DNA of 64,000 bases from the human T2T-CHM13v2.0 reference genome, Homo sapiens. The translations under genes were made by a program, and so were the position numbers. Under the pieces are notes generated by a model. That model worked only from the letters and a program-made list of their open reading frames with translations, searched no databases and was not told the origin of the DNA. Positions within the stretch are counted from its first letter, which is position 1; each line of letters begins with the position of its first letter. Shown piece after piece: positions 16,667 to 35,008 of this stretch. The stretch lies in NCBI RefSeq assembly GCF_009914755.1, contig NC_060937.1. One strand, given 5' to 3'.

Positions 16667-18200
16667 TTCTCCCCCTTCTGGCCAAGATTTGCCAGAGGCA
16701 ACATTAATGGCCACCAAGCTTTTATTTTGTCCCATAGAGTTGCTGGGGTGTCATGGCTGCCTGACCCAAGTCCATCCTGTTCTTCTGTGTGATGCCCTCA
16801 TCCATGGCCAATGGACTTAGAGCCAGGAGACTTATAGCCAATTATACGTTCTAGGCCATATAGGAAAGGACGTGGACAGGCATTCATTACCTCTTAACAA
16901 TTTTAAAGTAATACAAAAGCCAACAAACAAAAAGCCAAAAGTGAGGTTACAAAATTGACTTTATCTGTCTTTAACTTCCATGCATTGAGCTACTGTAATC
17001 TTGGTTTTTGTTATGGACTCGTAGCAGTTAGCTATTCAACACATAAGCATTGTTAAAACCTTTTAGGCTAAGGAATTTAGAGACTTTGTTGTGTCACAAT
17101 GCTTTTTGGGGTCTTTTAGTAATTTGTCCTAAGGTGGCTGAAATTTTTTATTTTTTATTTTTTGAGATGGAGTCTCGCTCTGTCGCCCAGGCTGGAGTGA
17201 AGTGGTGCGATCTTGGCTCCCTGCAACCTCCGCCTCCTGGGTTCAAGCGATACTCAGCCTCCGGAGTAGCTGGGACTACAGGCGCATGCCACCAGGCCCG
17301 GCTAATTTTTTGTAATTTTAGTAGAGATGGGGTTTCACCATATTGGCAGGCTGGTCCCTGGCCTCAGGTGATCCACCCACCTCGGCCTCCCAAAGTGCTG
17401 GGATTATAGGCGTGAGCCACTGCGCCCTGCTGAAAAAAAATTTTTTAAATACATATCTATCTTCATAAATCTCATAAGTAGGAGTATTATTCCCGGGAGG
17501 TTTTGTCATGAGGTATCCTTATATCCTCTCAGTAATAATTTTATTTTAATTCTATGTGAAGCAGAAAATTCTTCATGGTTGGGACGAGTGAAAAGGTGCC
17601 ACACCATAAAAATCCAGGAGGTAAAGTCCCTTATTTCACCAGCTGTTTAGACATCTGTGTACCCATCCTTGATTTGGAGGGTCTGAACTAATTCTGTCCC
17701 TCAAAACCAGCCCTTACAATCTCATGCACCCACCTCTTCCATGATAGTCCCCGGGCCCAGAGGGAGGGTGCCTGTACAGTTTTAGTAGCTGGGTATTTGC
17801 AGTGAAAAACAGATCAGGCCAAGTGGGATTCCAAGTACAGGAGACGCACAGGCTTTGTCAAATCATCTCTAGTCTTCAGAAGACCATGATTCTGGTGTTC
17901 TTGCATGAAGTAAAACTATGAGAGATAAGTAATGTTAACAATTTGACAATTAAAAGAGAACGTGTGTGTCAGAACAGAAGAAGGAATCTATTCCATTAGG
18001 GTGCCAACTAAAAACATGAAGAAAATTATAACCTGGATTCTTGCAGCCAGAAATAACTCATGATTCAATCTGTACGCAAAAACAAAACCCAGGGCTGGAA
18101 TCTAGTAATAGGTGTTATAGTTTTCCTTTGAAACAATTTCTCTCTCTTTCCAGCCCTCCTTTTCTACTAAAGAAAAATTATTGGAAGACCAGCATTTACT
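16667..18200 (-). mobile_element. MER4-group ERV internal 3' region (non-coding), truncated
   Basis: PPT abuts the LTR; shares blocks with the MER4-int at 59630-64000. Confidence 0.7.
17143..17430 (-). mobile_element. AluS
   Basis: Reverse dimer with small deletions; gctgaaa on both flanks. Confidence 0.9.
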
Positions 18201-18301
18201 ATGGCCTGAGTAATAGTCATATTCAGTGGGAGAATATCTGAAGTTTATTTAAAGGTTATATATAAATGGTGAAATGTTCACATCTTAAGTGGGCCATTTA
18301 G

Positions 18302-19716
<1,415 letters not shown>

Positions 19717-20053
19717 TCTGATGCCATTTTTGAATTACTCCTGGCTCCTACTCCTCCCCAGAGGCAACCACTATCTGATGTTCTTACCCCTTAGATTATT
19801 AGTTCACCTGTTTTTGAACTTCATATACATGGAATCATACCATATGTACTCTCTTGTATCTGGATGCTTTTGATCAGAATAATGTTTCTAAGATTCATCT
19901 GTGTTGTTTCATGTAGAAGTAATTTGTTCCTTTCTAACACTGAGTAGAATTCTACTGTATGAATATACCACAATTCTTTTATCCATTCTCCTATTGATGG
20001 ACACCTAGGCTGTTTCAGTTTTGTGCTACATTTTCAATCAAATTATGCTTTTA

Positions 20054-20374
<321 letters not shown>

Positions 20375-20934
20375 TTATCATTTATCAAGGTTTGTAATAT
20401 ATTTTTGTAAGTTTAATCAATGTTAGACTAAGAATAATTATAACAGCAGCTTCATCCAAGGGAAATGTTTAACACTTTTAATTTTATACTCATGGAAAGT
20501 TAAATTCATATACATATTTTTATTGCAAACTATCAAGAAAGAGTAAGCAATAAAACACATCCAAGCATAAAAAACTTTAGGATAAACTTCTAAGTGGGAG
20601 GTGGAAGGAAATAAGAATTCAAAAGGAAAAAAGAAACAACATGAACTGTCCAAATGTTAAAGATGATCTATATTTTTTAAATGGATGATGTGAGTTTTAA
20701 ATTGATACAGCAATTGCATTCCAGTGGGTATATCTGAAAAAGTTACATAAACAGCTTAAGCATCAAACCATCAATATTTATAATACTCCAGAAATGGCCA
20801 ACGTAGGATGAAAAAAATTAGATGTCAACATAAAAATATGTGAAGAGGTTCATAGTTTTCCTAAATTATTTTAAGGAATAGATAAGAAAAATTGTTTGAA
20901 CACTGCTGAAGATGATTTCTTTGGAGCCTCTAGT

Positions 20935-21890
20935 CCTACTTTTTCTGTTACAATTGTTGTGTAACAAATTACCCCAGGATTTGTGGCTTAAAACAACACC
21001 ACTTTATTTATGCTCAGATACTGGGGGCCAGGAATTCAGACAGTGAGAGTAACTTGTCTCTGCTCCACAACATCTGGAACCTTGACTGGGAAGACTCAAA
21101 TGCGGGGCGACCTGAAGGCAGGGCTGGAATCACCTGAAGGCTCCTTCACGCCCATGTGTCACCCAGGCCTGGCAGGACTCGAGGGCCTGGACTGCTGACC
21201 CCAGGCAACCAGGTGGCCTCTCTCACTGGCTGAACTCCATGTGTGGCCGCTCGAGTCTCTGAGTGAGAAGGTGGCAGTGGGCAAGGACAAAGAGGCATCA
21301 CCTTTTTGACCTGCCCTCGGGAGTCACCCAGTGCCACTTTTGCTCATTCTACGGGTTGAAGCAGTCTCAGGTTGTTAGGGGATGAATTATGTCCCCTACA
21401 AAGACATGTTGAAGTCCTAACCCCTGGTCCCTGTGAATGTGATTTCTTTGGAAATAGCCTTTGCAGGTGCAATCAAGTGAAGATGAATGCACTCAGATGA
21501 ATCCACCCCCTAACCCGGTATGACTGATGGCCTTATAAGAGAAGGAAATTTGGACACACAGACAAAGACACAGGGAGGACGCCATGTGAAGACAGATCAG
21601 AGATCAGAGACAGAGATCACAGGCAGAGATTAGAGTGAGGAGTCTATAAGCGAAGGGGTGGGGAATGAGATTTTCCCCCAGAGCCTCCAGAAGGAACCAA
21701 TCCTGCTCTTAACCTGACTTTGGACTTCCAGAACTATGAGAAGATATGTTTTCATTGTGTAAAGCCACCCCTAGTTTGTGGTCACTTGCTGAGGTAGGCC
21801 TAGGAAACTAATACACATCCCACTGAGATATAAGGAGAGAGGCTCTAGACCCCACCTCCCCATGAGAGCAATGTCAAAGAGTTGTAAACT
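20935..21890 (-). mobile_element. Old MLT1 (I/J-like) LTR split by a younger MLT1
   Basis: tgtgtaacaaattacccca..gtggcttaaaacaaca; resumes after 21815 with tagaccccacctc. Confidence 0.65.
21373..21815 (+). mobile_element. MLT1B-like MaLR LTR
   Basis: tgtt..gaattatgtcccc..atgttgaagtcctaacccc ... cctaggaaactaataca. Confidence 0.85.
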
Positions 21891-22035
21891 CTACAGTTTC
21901 TGTAGAAAAAAAATGAGCTGCTGTATTTCAAGCACTTATATTGCTACTCATTGGATAACTCATAATTAAATATAGGTGAAAACAAATCTTTTGTACATAA
22001 AACAATTCAAAAGTCCATTTAAAATACCAGGAAGA

Positions 22036-22359
22036 GGCCAGGCACTGTGGCTCATGCCTGTAATCCCAATACTTTGGGAGACGGAGGCTGGAGAACCACT
22101 TGAGGCCAGGAGTTTAAGACTAGCCTAGGCAACATAGTAAGACCCCTGTCTCTACGAAACAACTAACCAATTAGCTGGGTGTGGTGGCACACACTTGTAA
22201 TCCCAACTAATGAGAAGGCTGAGGTGGGAGGATCACTTGAGCCCAGGAGGTCGAGGTGGCAGTGAGCCATGATTGTGCCACTGCATTCCAGCCTGGGCAA
22301 CAGCGTGAGACCATGTCTCACAAAAAAAAAAAAAAAAAAAAAAAAGAAAGAAAAAAAAA
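22036..22359 (+). mobile_element. AluJ
   Basis: J diagnostics (ggaggatcacttgagcccaggagg); long A tail. Confidence 0.92.
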
Positions 22360-22968
22360 TCAGGAAAAGAAAAATAGGAATCTCTCTCCCAATAGCTATT
22401 ATTTATTATCCTAAATCTAGTCTTAGGCTCTAATTAATTATTCTGTAGCGGCAATTGTCATCCATGGATCTCAGTATGTTTTGAGAACACCATCAATTAG
22501 GCGATCATCTTTGGTAGGTTTGGGTCATATTTTGTATCTCAGAAAATTGAAACTGAGGTAAGCAGTTTGGGCCAACTGCAACCCAGATGGTCAATCAGTG
22601 TGGTTTCATTAAAATGTCATCGTCTTCTTGTCTGTGGTCAAGCTCTAACCCCAAAGCGGAACTGAATTGACTTTTCAAAGCCTTCCTTGGGGAAGATTGC
22701 CTGTCTCACACCAACGTCTCTTCCCTTTTTCCACCAATGTGGCTTGGAACACACCTAAGAAAATCGTGAGTGCCTTCACATTGGTTCATTGATTTTTCCT
22801 TTGAAAAAGTCTCTTTTTGCTGAAAACTAACATGCCACAGATCCTGTTACAGAAAATAGACAGTACAGAATTTTACAAGTTCCTGGCATATTATCAAAAG
22901 AGCTCATTAATTTGTGAAAAAGATGGTAAAAGTGGGGAGTCTTGCAGAACAAAACAACTGACTGATGA

Positions 22969-23284
<316 letters not shown>

Positions 23285-23912
23285 TGATTTTTAAATTTGG
23301 ATATCCTGGAGCCTTACCAAAACCTAAGGGTCATGGGTGAACCCAACCATTTGGGAAAGGGGGAGGTAAGTACCATACCCTTGTGTAATGTTTTTATAAT
23401 TGTTCTTCCAGAAAACGTTCACTTTTTACATGTCAGGACAGCAGAGTGTAGCACATAATTATTCCTAGTTATTTAATCTGTATTTGTTTCCTCCTCAATT
23501 AAGTTATAAGCCTCTTGAAGGCAGGAAATGTTTTTTTTTTTTTTCCTGTTGCTCACAGTTCCATCACGACTAGGTACGTAACAGGTGCTTAACCTGGGGA
23601 CGACAGTCAAAATCTTTAGCAACTGACCAATTAGAAAGAGCACTGGCCATAGCATTGAAAAGCACCCCCAGCTGTGCCAGGCACTCTAGTTACTGGATTA
23701 TAGGAAAGTCCAAGGAAATTCCAGGGAAGGAACCAAAGCAGTGGAAAATATCTGGAGACCCCAGGGTGGTGGCTGTTTACCACTCAGTACAGGACTATTT
23801 ATATAGTTCGACAATCAATGTTTAGCTATAGCCATAAATACAAGCTGAATATCAGCCCAGAAAAGTGAACGTTTTCTTTAAAAAAAAAAAGAAGAAGAAG
23901 AAGAAAAATGCA

Positions 23913-24208
23913 GGCCGGGTGCAGTGGCTTATGCCTGTAATCCCAGCACTTTTGGGAGGCTGAAGGGGGAAAATAACTTGAGGTCAGGAGTTTGAGATCA
24001 ATCTGACCAATATGGCAAAACTCTCTCTACTAAAAATACAAAAATTAGCCAGGCATAGTGGCCAGCACCTGTAGTCCCAGCTACTCAGGAGGCTGAGGCA
24101 GGAGAATCACTTTGAGCCCCAGAGGTAGAGGTTGCAGTGAGCCAAGATCGAGCCACTGCACTCCAGCCTGAGCGACAGAGTGAGACTCCGTCTCAAAAAA
24201 AAAAAAAA
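23913..24208 (+). mobile_element. AluS
   Basis: Full dimer with A tail. Confidence 0.95.
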
Positions 24209-24214
24209 TTGCGA

Positions 24215-24345
24215 AACTATTATTATTATCTCCTTTTACCAGAAGAGTTCACTGAGGCCCGAGACGCAAAGTTATGCTTTCAAAATTACACCAATAAGTT
24301 AACCACGGGACAGGAAACCAGCAGCCAGTGTTCTTGGCTCCAAAT
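24215..24345 (-). mobile_element. MIR fragment
   Basis: tattattatctccttttacc..actgaggc MIR core. Confidence 0.55.
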
Positions 24346-24724
24346 TTCACTGACCAGACAATCGGATGTATTGGGTGATATTATGGCTTTGCCTCTGTTC
24401 CCTCGGATCCCTTTCTACTGTTTTTGTAGATTCCCTTCGGGATTTCTTTGATTTTCAAAAGTGACGTCTGCTGCTTTTCTGTGGAGAACCACCATCTAGC
24501 ACTGGGGGGTAGTCTAAAACCTGTGACCTGACCAATGGGGTGCTGGGGCAGGAAGCCCAGCGCCCTCGCCTGGGACGCCCACTCTATGTTGCCGGCTGTG
24601 GGACTTGGCCTAGCTCGCCCCTTTCGAGGCTCCCGCGGCTGCTCTGTCCACCTCCCTAGTCCCTTGGTGGCTTCAATAGTGGGCACCCCCTTAGCAAGTC
24701 ACTCCCACGCCAATCAAATTCTAG

Positions 24725-25390
24725 GGAATCCACTGCACATACTGGGTGGTTTCAAACCACAGAAATGTATTCTCTCCCAGTTCTACAGGCTTGGAGTCCC
24801 ACAGGAAGGTGTACGGCAGGCCAGGCTCCCTCTGAAGGCTCGAGGGGAGAAGCCGTTCCAGGCCTTTCTCTTGCTTCTGGTGTTGCCATCAGTCCTTCTG
24901 TTCCTTGGCTTCTAGACGTGTCCCTCCCGCCTCTGCGTCTGTCTTCCCATGGTATTCTTCCTGTGTCCTGATCCCTCTTTTCGTAAGGACACCTGCCATC
25001 TTGGATTCATGGCCCACCCTAACTCTAATAAGTATGACCTCATCTTAGCTTGATGACATCTGCAAAGACCCTGGTTCCAAATAAGGCCACAGTCACAGGT
25101 GCGGGGGCAGGTATTGGCTAGGGCTGGGAGGGGAAAATCTGTTCCAGGTCTCTCTCCCCTTGGCCATCTTCTCTCTATGTCTCTTCACATCGTGTTCCCT
25201 CTATGCATGTCTGTCTCTGTGTCCAAATGTCTCCTTTTTATAAGGACACCAGTCATAGTGGATTAGGGCCCACTCTAATGACCTCACTTTAATTTGATTG
25301 CCTCTGTAAAGAGTATTTACAAATAAGGTGACATTCTGAGGTATTGGGGGTTCAACATATGAATGGGAGGGCACAATTCAACCCATAACA
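24725..25390 (-). mobile_element. Two adjacent MLT1A/B-type MaLR LTRs
   Basis: taaggacacc...ggccca..ctaa..gacctca occurs twice; ends cacaattcaacccataaca. Confidence 0.8.
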
Positions 25391-25511
25391 GCAACCTGAG
25401 ACATTTTATGTATTAATATTTCATGAAGATCAAGAATATAAACACAAAAAATAGCATGCACTGTATATAACACAGTAGTCATAGTTGCCAATTGTTATTC
25501 AAATATCTTAA

Positions 25512-25812
<301 letters not shown>

Positions 25813-26049
25813 TAAATATCTTAAAATAATTTTTTAATTTCTCTGAATCATTGGCCATAAAATCAGAAATATTATTACAACTTTATATATGGGACTTATG
25901 GATTTTACAACATTTGCACTTTTATTTTCTATAGTTAAGGTTAGATTCTATTTCTGCTACGTACCTGTTTTGAATTGGAAATTATATGCCCTTAAGTATT
26001 GTTTTGCAAGAAACAAATGACTCATTAATAACACCATAAATAACCCATA

Positions 26050-26812
<763 letters not shown>

Positions 26813-26956
26813 CTTGAAGTATTAGTTTATACACAATAATTCTGAAAAGGAAAAGATGTAATAGAAGTGGAATTTTTACAATCTAAGTAAAACCTCACAT
26901 TTTCTAGAAAAGTATTACTAATATTTTCCTTTAAAATGACTGCATATAATCAGTTC

Positions 26957-27260
26957 CTTTCTTTTCTTTTCTTTTTTGAGATGGAGTCCCACTCTCTGGC
27001 CCAGGCTGGAGTGCAGTGGTGTGATCTTGGCTCACTGCAAACTCCGCTTCCTGGGTTCAAGTGATTCTCCTGCCTCAGCCTCCTGAGTAGCTGGGATTAC
27101 AGGTGCACCCCACTACACCTGACTAATTTTTGTACTTTTAATAGAGAGAAGGTTTCACCATGTTGGCCAGGCTGGTCTTGAACTCCTGACCTCAAGTGAT
27201 CCACCCGCCTCAGCCTCCCATGGTGCTGGAATTACAGGCGTTCAGCCACTGCGCCTGGCC
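26957..27260 (-). mobile_element. AluS
   Basis: Reverse dimer; cagttc on both flanks. Confidence 0.95.
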
Positions 27261-27279
27261 TACCAGTTCTTTTCTCTTT

Positions 27280-28530
<1,251 letters not shown>

Positions 28531-28539
28531 TTAGTAAGC

Positions 28540-28810
28540 CAGGAGATCATTGCAGTTCTTTAGGTAGGAGAGTGAGTTGGCTTGGGCTGGAGTGAGGCTG
28601 GTGTGTACAGAGAGAAATGGTAGGTTTGAGAATATAGGTATTGTGTTCCTGGAACCAACAAGCTTAGCTGATGTATTCAATATGGCGGTACGGAGAGGGG
28701 GGCAGATGAGGTGGGAGAAAGAGAGATTGACTCTGAGGCTTCAGGGCTGAGTAACCATGTGGACAATGATACAACTGACAGATGGGCAAGACTTTAGGAA
28801 GAGCCAGTCT
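28540..28810 (-). mobile_element. L2 fragment
   Basis: Purine-rich L2-like text (gagagaaatggtaggtttgaga, tgactctgaggcttcagggctgag). Confidence 0.55.
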
Positions 28811-29640
28811 CCAACCTGTTTTGGAAACCTGCTTCCACATGCCTGGTTTCATGACACCATACACGTTCGGGTCTTGTCCATTCATTGTCGACTGAGGTTC
28901 TTTCCATCAAAGTGAGATGTTGAGTCAGACTATGCATTGAGAGTGTCTGAAACCATCATTACTATGTTGCATATATTCCTAAGTAATGACTTAGAGATCA
29001 AGAGCGCTGACATAATGCCTGCCATGTTGTGGCCTCACCCTGTGTCTGCTTTTGATCTCTTCTGGGGACTTCAGCACACCATGCAATAAATGGGGACACA
29101 CTGACCCACCTCTGTGTCTGGGCCTGAATTAAATAAATTTGTTTAGATTTCCCTGAGCTCACAAGTATTTGATGAATCAAGTACATTTAGCAACCTGGCC
29201 TGGCAAGCCAGTAACAAACAAAAACAGACTCGTCTGTGCATGCCCTCAGGGCCATGGTCTGTGAGCACCGTGGGGGAAGGCAGAGGAGAGGGTTGATTTT
29301 TTTAAGAGGCTTTGAAAATATAAAATTCCACATGGATGATTAATACTTCTATGCAGCATAATGGGTGTTGGCAACCAATGTGAAGAAATTCTTGTTGAAA
29401 GAGAAAAGACGATGTTATGGAATAATCTCCTCTGGGAACTAAAGCCACTTACAAGGAAATATTTGAAAGTCTATTTTAATTCCTATCTTATTCATGTCTT
29501 CCTTTGACAGTAAGTGAAGTGCATAGCACTATGGGACATGTCTAAAATCAGCTGCTAACTATTCATTTGGCTCAACTGCTGAGGCCAATGATCAATTCCT
29601 TGTGCTATATTGTATTGCCTGGAACCTAGTTGTGCTCATG

Positions 29641-29712
29641 TGTATTGTATTGTATTGTATTGTATTGTATTGTATTGTATTGTATTGTATTGTATTGTAT
29701 TGTATTGTATTG
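29641..29712. repeat. (TGTAT)n pentanucleotide microsatellite
   Basis: About 14 perfect units beside the tail of an Alu monomer. Confidence 0.97.
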
Positions 29713-29724
29713 ATCTATTTGCTT

Positions 29725-29850
29725 ATTTCTTTAGAGCTGGAGTCTTACCACTTTGCCCAAGCTTGTCTCAAACTCCTGGGCTCAAGCAATCCTCCCACCT
29801 CAGCCTCTGAAAGTTCTGAGGTTACAGGCATGAGTCACTGCACCGGGCCA
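29725..29850 (-). mobile_element. Alu left monomer (FLAM-like)
   Basis: aactcctgggctcaagcaatcctcccacctcagcc..ccgggcc. Confidence 0.85.
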
Positions 29851-30764
29851 TGTCTATTTTATTCTTGACACATGGCCATATTTGCAGTGAGATTAAGTAT
29901 GGGAGTAACCATGTGACTCAGCAGAGTGAGGAGACCAGAGCAGCAAGACCTACCCAAGGTGGACAGAGCAAGTGGTCCCCTGCAGGTGCAGCGTTGTCTT
30001 GGTGGCTTCTAAGACTTTCTTTCCCTGGGCTGAACGGTCACATCACTGGCATTATTCTCCGGCATGACAGTGTTATATCTTGATGGCTACTGTTCAAATG
30101 CTTTCTTTTAAACTAGAAGTTAAAAAGACCTGTTAAATCACAATATCCACATAAATGGACTGGCTAGAGTTGACTCACCTTACCAAACAGGTGTATAGGA
30201 CTCTAAAGGGGCCCAGGAGACATATAGAACCGCTAACTGCCAGTTCCAGGTGGGGAATTCTAGCCAGCAAAGTGGGAAGTGCACAGGGCCTCGCCAGACT
30301 CAAGGGCCCCAAGGAGAGGGCCCATGACTACTTTGTCCATCCAGATACCCTTGCCAGTTAAAGCCATATGTGGAACACACCAGTGGCCATTCTTGAAGCC
30401 TTTGTTGATGAAGGAACATGTGAACTGGCTACAGGGAGGGGAGTCAGGCTCCATAAAGAGGCAGGGATGCAAGGGGCTGCTTGACATCAGCTCCCCTATC
30501 CCAAATCTTCCCTGAGACCCAGCTCAGGCACAGTGATAGCTCCTGAGAAGATGAAAACAAACAAAAAGACATATTCTGCAAACAATTTTTTGTTTAATTT
30601 TTTAAAATTTAAAACATCAGGAAAAAATCATGTGCAAGAAAAAAACTATGATAACAGTCTTAAAAAAATTTTTTTTTACTTTCAGAGATAAGATATATAC
30701 ACACAGCAATACACACCAATCTCAACTGAACAGCTCTATGAAAATTATTTCAAGTGACTCTGCA

Positions 30765-31220
30765 TGCTTTCTTACTTGCTTCCTAAACTTTATAAAATTT
30801 CAAGTGAAACACTTGACTTGCTTTGTCCAAGAGAATGTGCTGGAAGTGACACTCTGGGACTTCTGAGGACAGGTCACAATATGCCTTGCAGCTTCTGCCT
30901 GGGAATCTTGGATCCCTTGCCCTTGGAATGCTCCCTCTGTGAGCCCAGATATCAGGCTGTGAAAGCTGCAAGGTGAGGTTGAGTGGGAGTGCTGTGAGGC
31001 ACAGACCCAGCGGAGCTTCCAGCCAATAGCCAACTTCAATGCACATCATGAGAGTGAGCACCCATGGGTATTCAGCCCCGCCAAGTCTTCAGAGGACTGA
31101 AGCCCCAGTTGACATTTCATTGCGACTGCATGACAGACCCCAAGGGAGAACTTCCCAACTGAGCCCAGCCAACCCACAGGACTGTGGGTGGCTTGGTATA
31201 TAGGAAGAGATAACGGAACT
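30765..31220 (+). mobile_element. MLT1G/H-like MaLR LTR
   Basis: tgacttgctttgtccaagagaatgtg..gaagtgac; cccaactgagcccagccaacccacag. Confidence 0.7.
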
Positions 31221-31249
31221 GCCTGCCATTCTGGGTGAAATCAGGGTCA

Positions 31250-31640
31250 GGAAAAATAAAATCAACAAACATATATTGAGCGTAAGACTCTGGAAGATAC
31301 AAAGAGTATGTATACAGTTGAGATGGGGGGAAGGGACATTTATATAAGAGAGTAACAGAAGGTTCAAGGTAGCACATGACTCCTAAATACAGGTGTGCAG
31401 GGGGCAAAAAGATCAGCGAAGTCTAGAAAGTCTCTTTGGAGAGGAGAGATTTGAAATGAGAATGAAAAGCTAGGGGAGTAGACTCAGGCAGAGAGGAAGC
31501 ATGAGGCATAGGTTCAGGCATGGTTTTGGAAAAGGGCCTAAGTTGAAAGATCAAAGAGATCAACTTGGCTGGAACACAGAATTTGCAAACTCATGTAGAG
31601 GATGATAAAGTTGGATGGACCTTGAATAACAAGGAAAACT
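31250..31640 (-). mobile_element. L2 fragment
   Basis: caacaaacatatattgagc 3' end motif followed by a purine-rich body. Confidence 0.55.
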
Positions 31641-31960
31641 GCTTTTCAAGAGAAAGGTTAGGGCAAGAGTTTTAGATTGAAGGCTGTCTGTGCTTAAGTG
31701 AGGGTAAGGCCATGGAGGAGAAGGTCTCTGAAGAAATGAGCTTCAAAATAACTTTGTAGGAAGAATATAATCATTTAAACCCATCACTTCTTTTTTATAA
31801 AATCCAGTTTCCTCAAAAGCAACTCCACACTGAATAGCAGGAAAAAGGGGGGCCATGCAAAAAGGGACCCGCTCAAAATTCTCACTATTAAAGAGGACAG
31901 TTGCAATCATGAGCAGTTCCACCCCAACAAAGGAGAAATGTGGGGATCAAAAGCAATCTA

Positions 31961-32300
<340 letters not shown>

Positions 32301-32505
32301 CTAATTGAAGCTGAGGCCACTGATACCAGAGGGTAAGGACAGGGCCATTGCAGATATCTCAGTTACTCTTGAAGTCAGTTTCAGGAAGGGGCCACATCCT
32401 CTTTAGCCAAATACTCTAGGCTTAGGGTTTTGCAAAGTCATCATAGGGTAGGTGCTCTGAAAGCAGACGCTGCGATGGAATTTGGAGTGTAAGATACTTA
32501 TCAGG

Positions 32506-33095
<590 letters not shown>

Positions 33096-33125
33096 GGACA
33101 GTGGGAGAAATTAAGAATAGGTACA

Positions 33126-33437
33126 GGCCGGGCGTGGTGGCTCACGCCTGTAATCCCAGCACTTTGGGAGGCCGAGACGGGCAGATCATAAGGTCAAGAG
33201 ATCGAGGCCATCCTGGCTAACACGGTGAAACCCCATCTCTACCGAAAATACAAAAAATTAGCCGGGCGTGGTGGCAGACCCCTGCAGTCCCAGCTACTCC
33301 AGAGGCTGAGGCAGGAGAATGGCTGTGAACCTGGGAGGTGGAGCTTGCAGTGAGCCAAGATCGTGCCAGTGCACTCCAGCCTGGGCGACTGAGCAAGACT
33401 CCGTCTCAGAAAAAAGAAAAAAGAAAAAAAAAAAAAA
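33126..33437 (+). mobile_element. AluY/Sc
   Basis: gagatcgag..catcctggctaacacgg; gagcttgcagtg. Confidence 0.95.
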
Positions 33438-33452
33438 CAATAGGTAGAGGTG

Positions 33453-33749
33453 GGCCGGACATGGTGGCTCACACCTGTAATCCCAGCACTTTGGGAAGCT
33501 GAGGCAGGTGGATCATGAGGTCAGGGGATCGAGGCCATCCTGGCTAACACGGTGAAACCCTGTCTCTACTAAAAATACAAAAAATTAGCCGGGTGTGGTG
33601 GCGGGCACCTGTAGTTCCAGCTACTCAGGAGGCTGAGGCAGGAGAATCGCTTGAACCCAGGAGGCAGAGGTCACAGTGAGTCGAGCTCGCATCACAGCAC
33701 TCCAGCCTGGGTGACAGAGCGAGACTCTGTCTCAGAAAAAAAAAAAAAG
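33453..33749 (+). mobile_element. AluSc-like
   Basis: TSD aataggtagaggtg. Confidence 0.95.
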
Positions 33750-34518
33750 AATAGGTAGAGGTGAAGACGTTGAAATGCAATGCAGACCCAACAAAGTCTT
33801 GGCCAACCCAGTGAGGAGCTTTGGAGTGAATATTGCCCATTGGAGGTGTATTGCCTTGGCCTGCAATGACTGGGTCTTTATACCCACATCTCACTCACCA
33901 GATGTGAGCTGCTCCAAGAAGGGCATGACCCCAGGTGGGGTGACCCCCTGTGTTTGAGGCAGGCCCTAACAAAGCTGCTGGGTGGAGGCTGCCTGCTCAC
34001 CATGCCCCACCACAGCCGGGCGTCAAGTGCTTCTCAGAAGCAGAGTCCTCCGTCCCCACCCACCAGTCCATATTGGACTGTGGCTCTTTTGGACAAGCCA
34101 ATGAGATTTGGGTATTATATGTTACAGTAGTAAGCCTCTCCTGACTGACACACACCATACCTCTTAGATTCTGATGAAATTGCCAATGACTCAATAAGTG
34201 ACGCCTGTCCTGTGTCTGAACCCTGGGTCTGTAGAGCACAGGACACGACTGCTGCTCTTGGATATCTAACACTGGGGCTACTCTTTTTTAAAAATTAGCA
34301 AGTAAAACATCATATATATTTATGATGCATAACATGGTGTTTTGATATATGTATATATTGTGGAATGGCTAAATCAAGCTATTTAAATAAAATATGCTTT
34401 ACTTCATACACTTATCTTTTTTTATAATGAGAACATTTCAAATCCATTCTCTTAGCCAGTTTTGGTAAACAATATATTATTCTCAACTGTGGTCATCACA
34501 ATGTATAATAGATCTCAA

Positions 34519-34811
34519 GGCCAGGCGTGGTGGCTTATGCTTGTAATCCTTGCACTTTGGGAGGCCTAGGCAGGAGGATTGATTGAGGCCAGGAGTTCAA
34601 GACCAGTCAGGGCAACATAGCCAGAAGTCGTCTCCACAAAAAAAAAAAAAAAAAAAAAAATTAGCCAGGCATAGTGGCACATGCCTATAGTCCTAGCTGA
34701 GGCAAGAAGATTGCTTGAACTCAGGAGTTCAAGTCTGCAGTGAGCCAAGTTTGTGCCACTGCACTCCAGTCTGGATGACAGAGCAAGACCCTGTCTCTGA
34801 AAAATAAAAAA
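34519..34811 (+). mobile_element. AluJ
   Basis: Dimer with an expanded A linker. Confidence 0.9.
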
Positions 34812-35008
34812 GAGATGTATTGAACTTATTCCTCCTGTTTAGCTGATAGTATGTGTCGTTTGGCCAACATTTCCCCAATATCCCCAAGCCCAGCCTCTGG
34901 TAATCACAGTTTTATTCTCTGTTTCTGTAAGTTGTGACTTCTTTAGATTCCATGTAAGTGAGATTATGTGGCATGTGTTTTTCTGTGCCTGGCTTATTTC
35001 ACTGAACA

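Noticed and set aside
29602-29868. Hydrophobic (YCIVL)n ORF
   Set aside because: It is the translation of the TGTAT microsatellite plus an Alu monomer.
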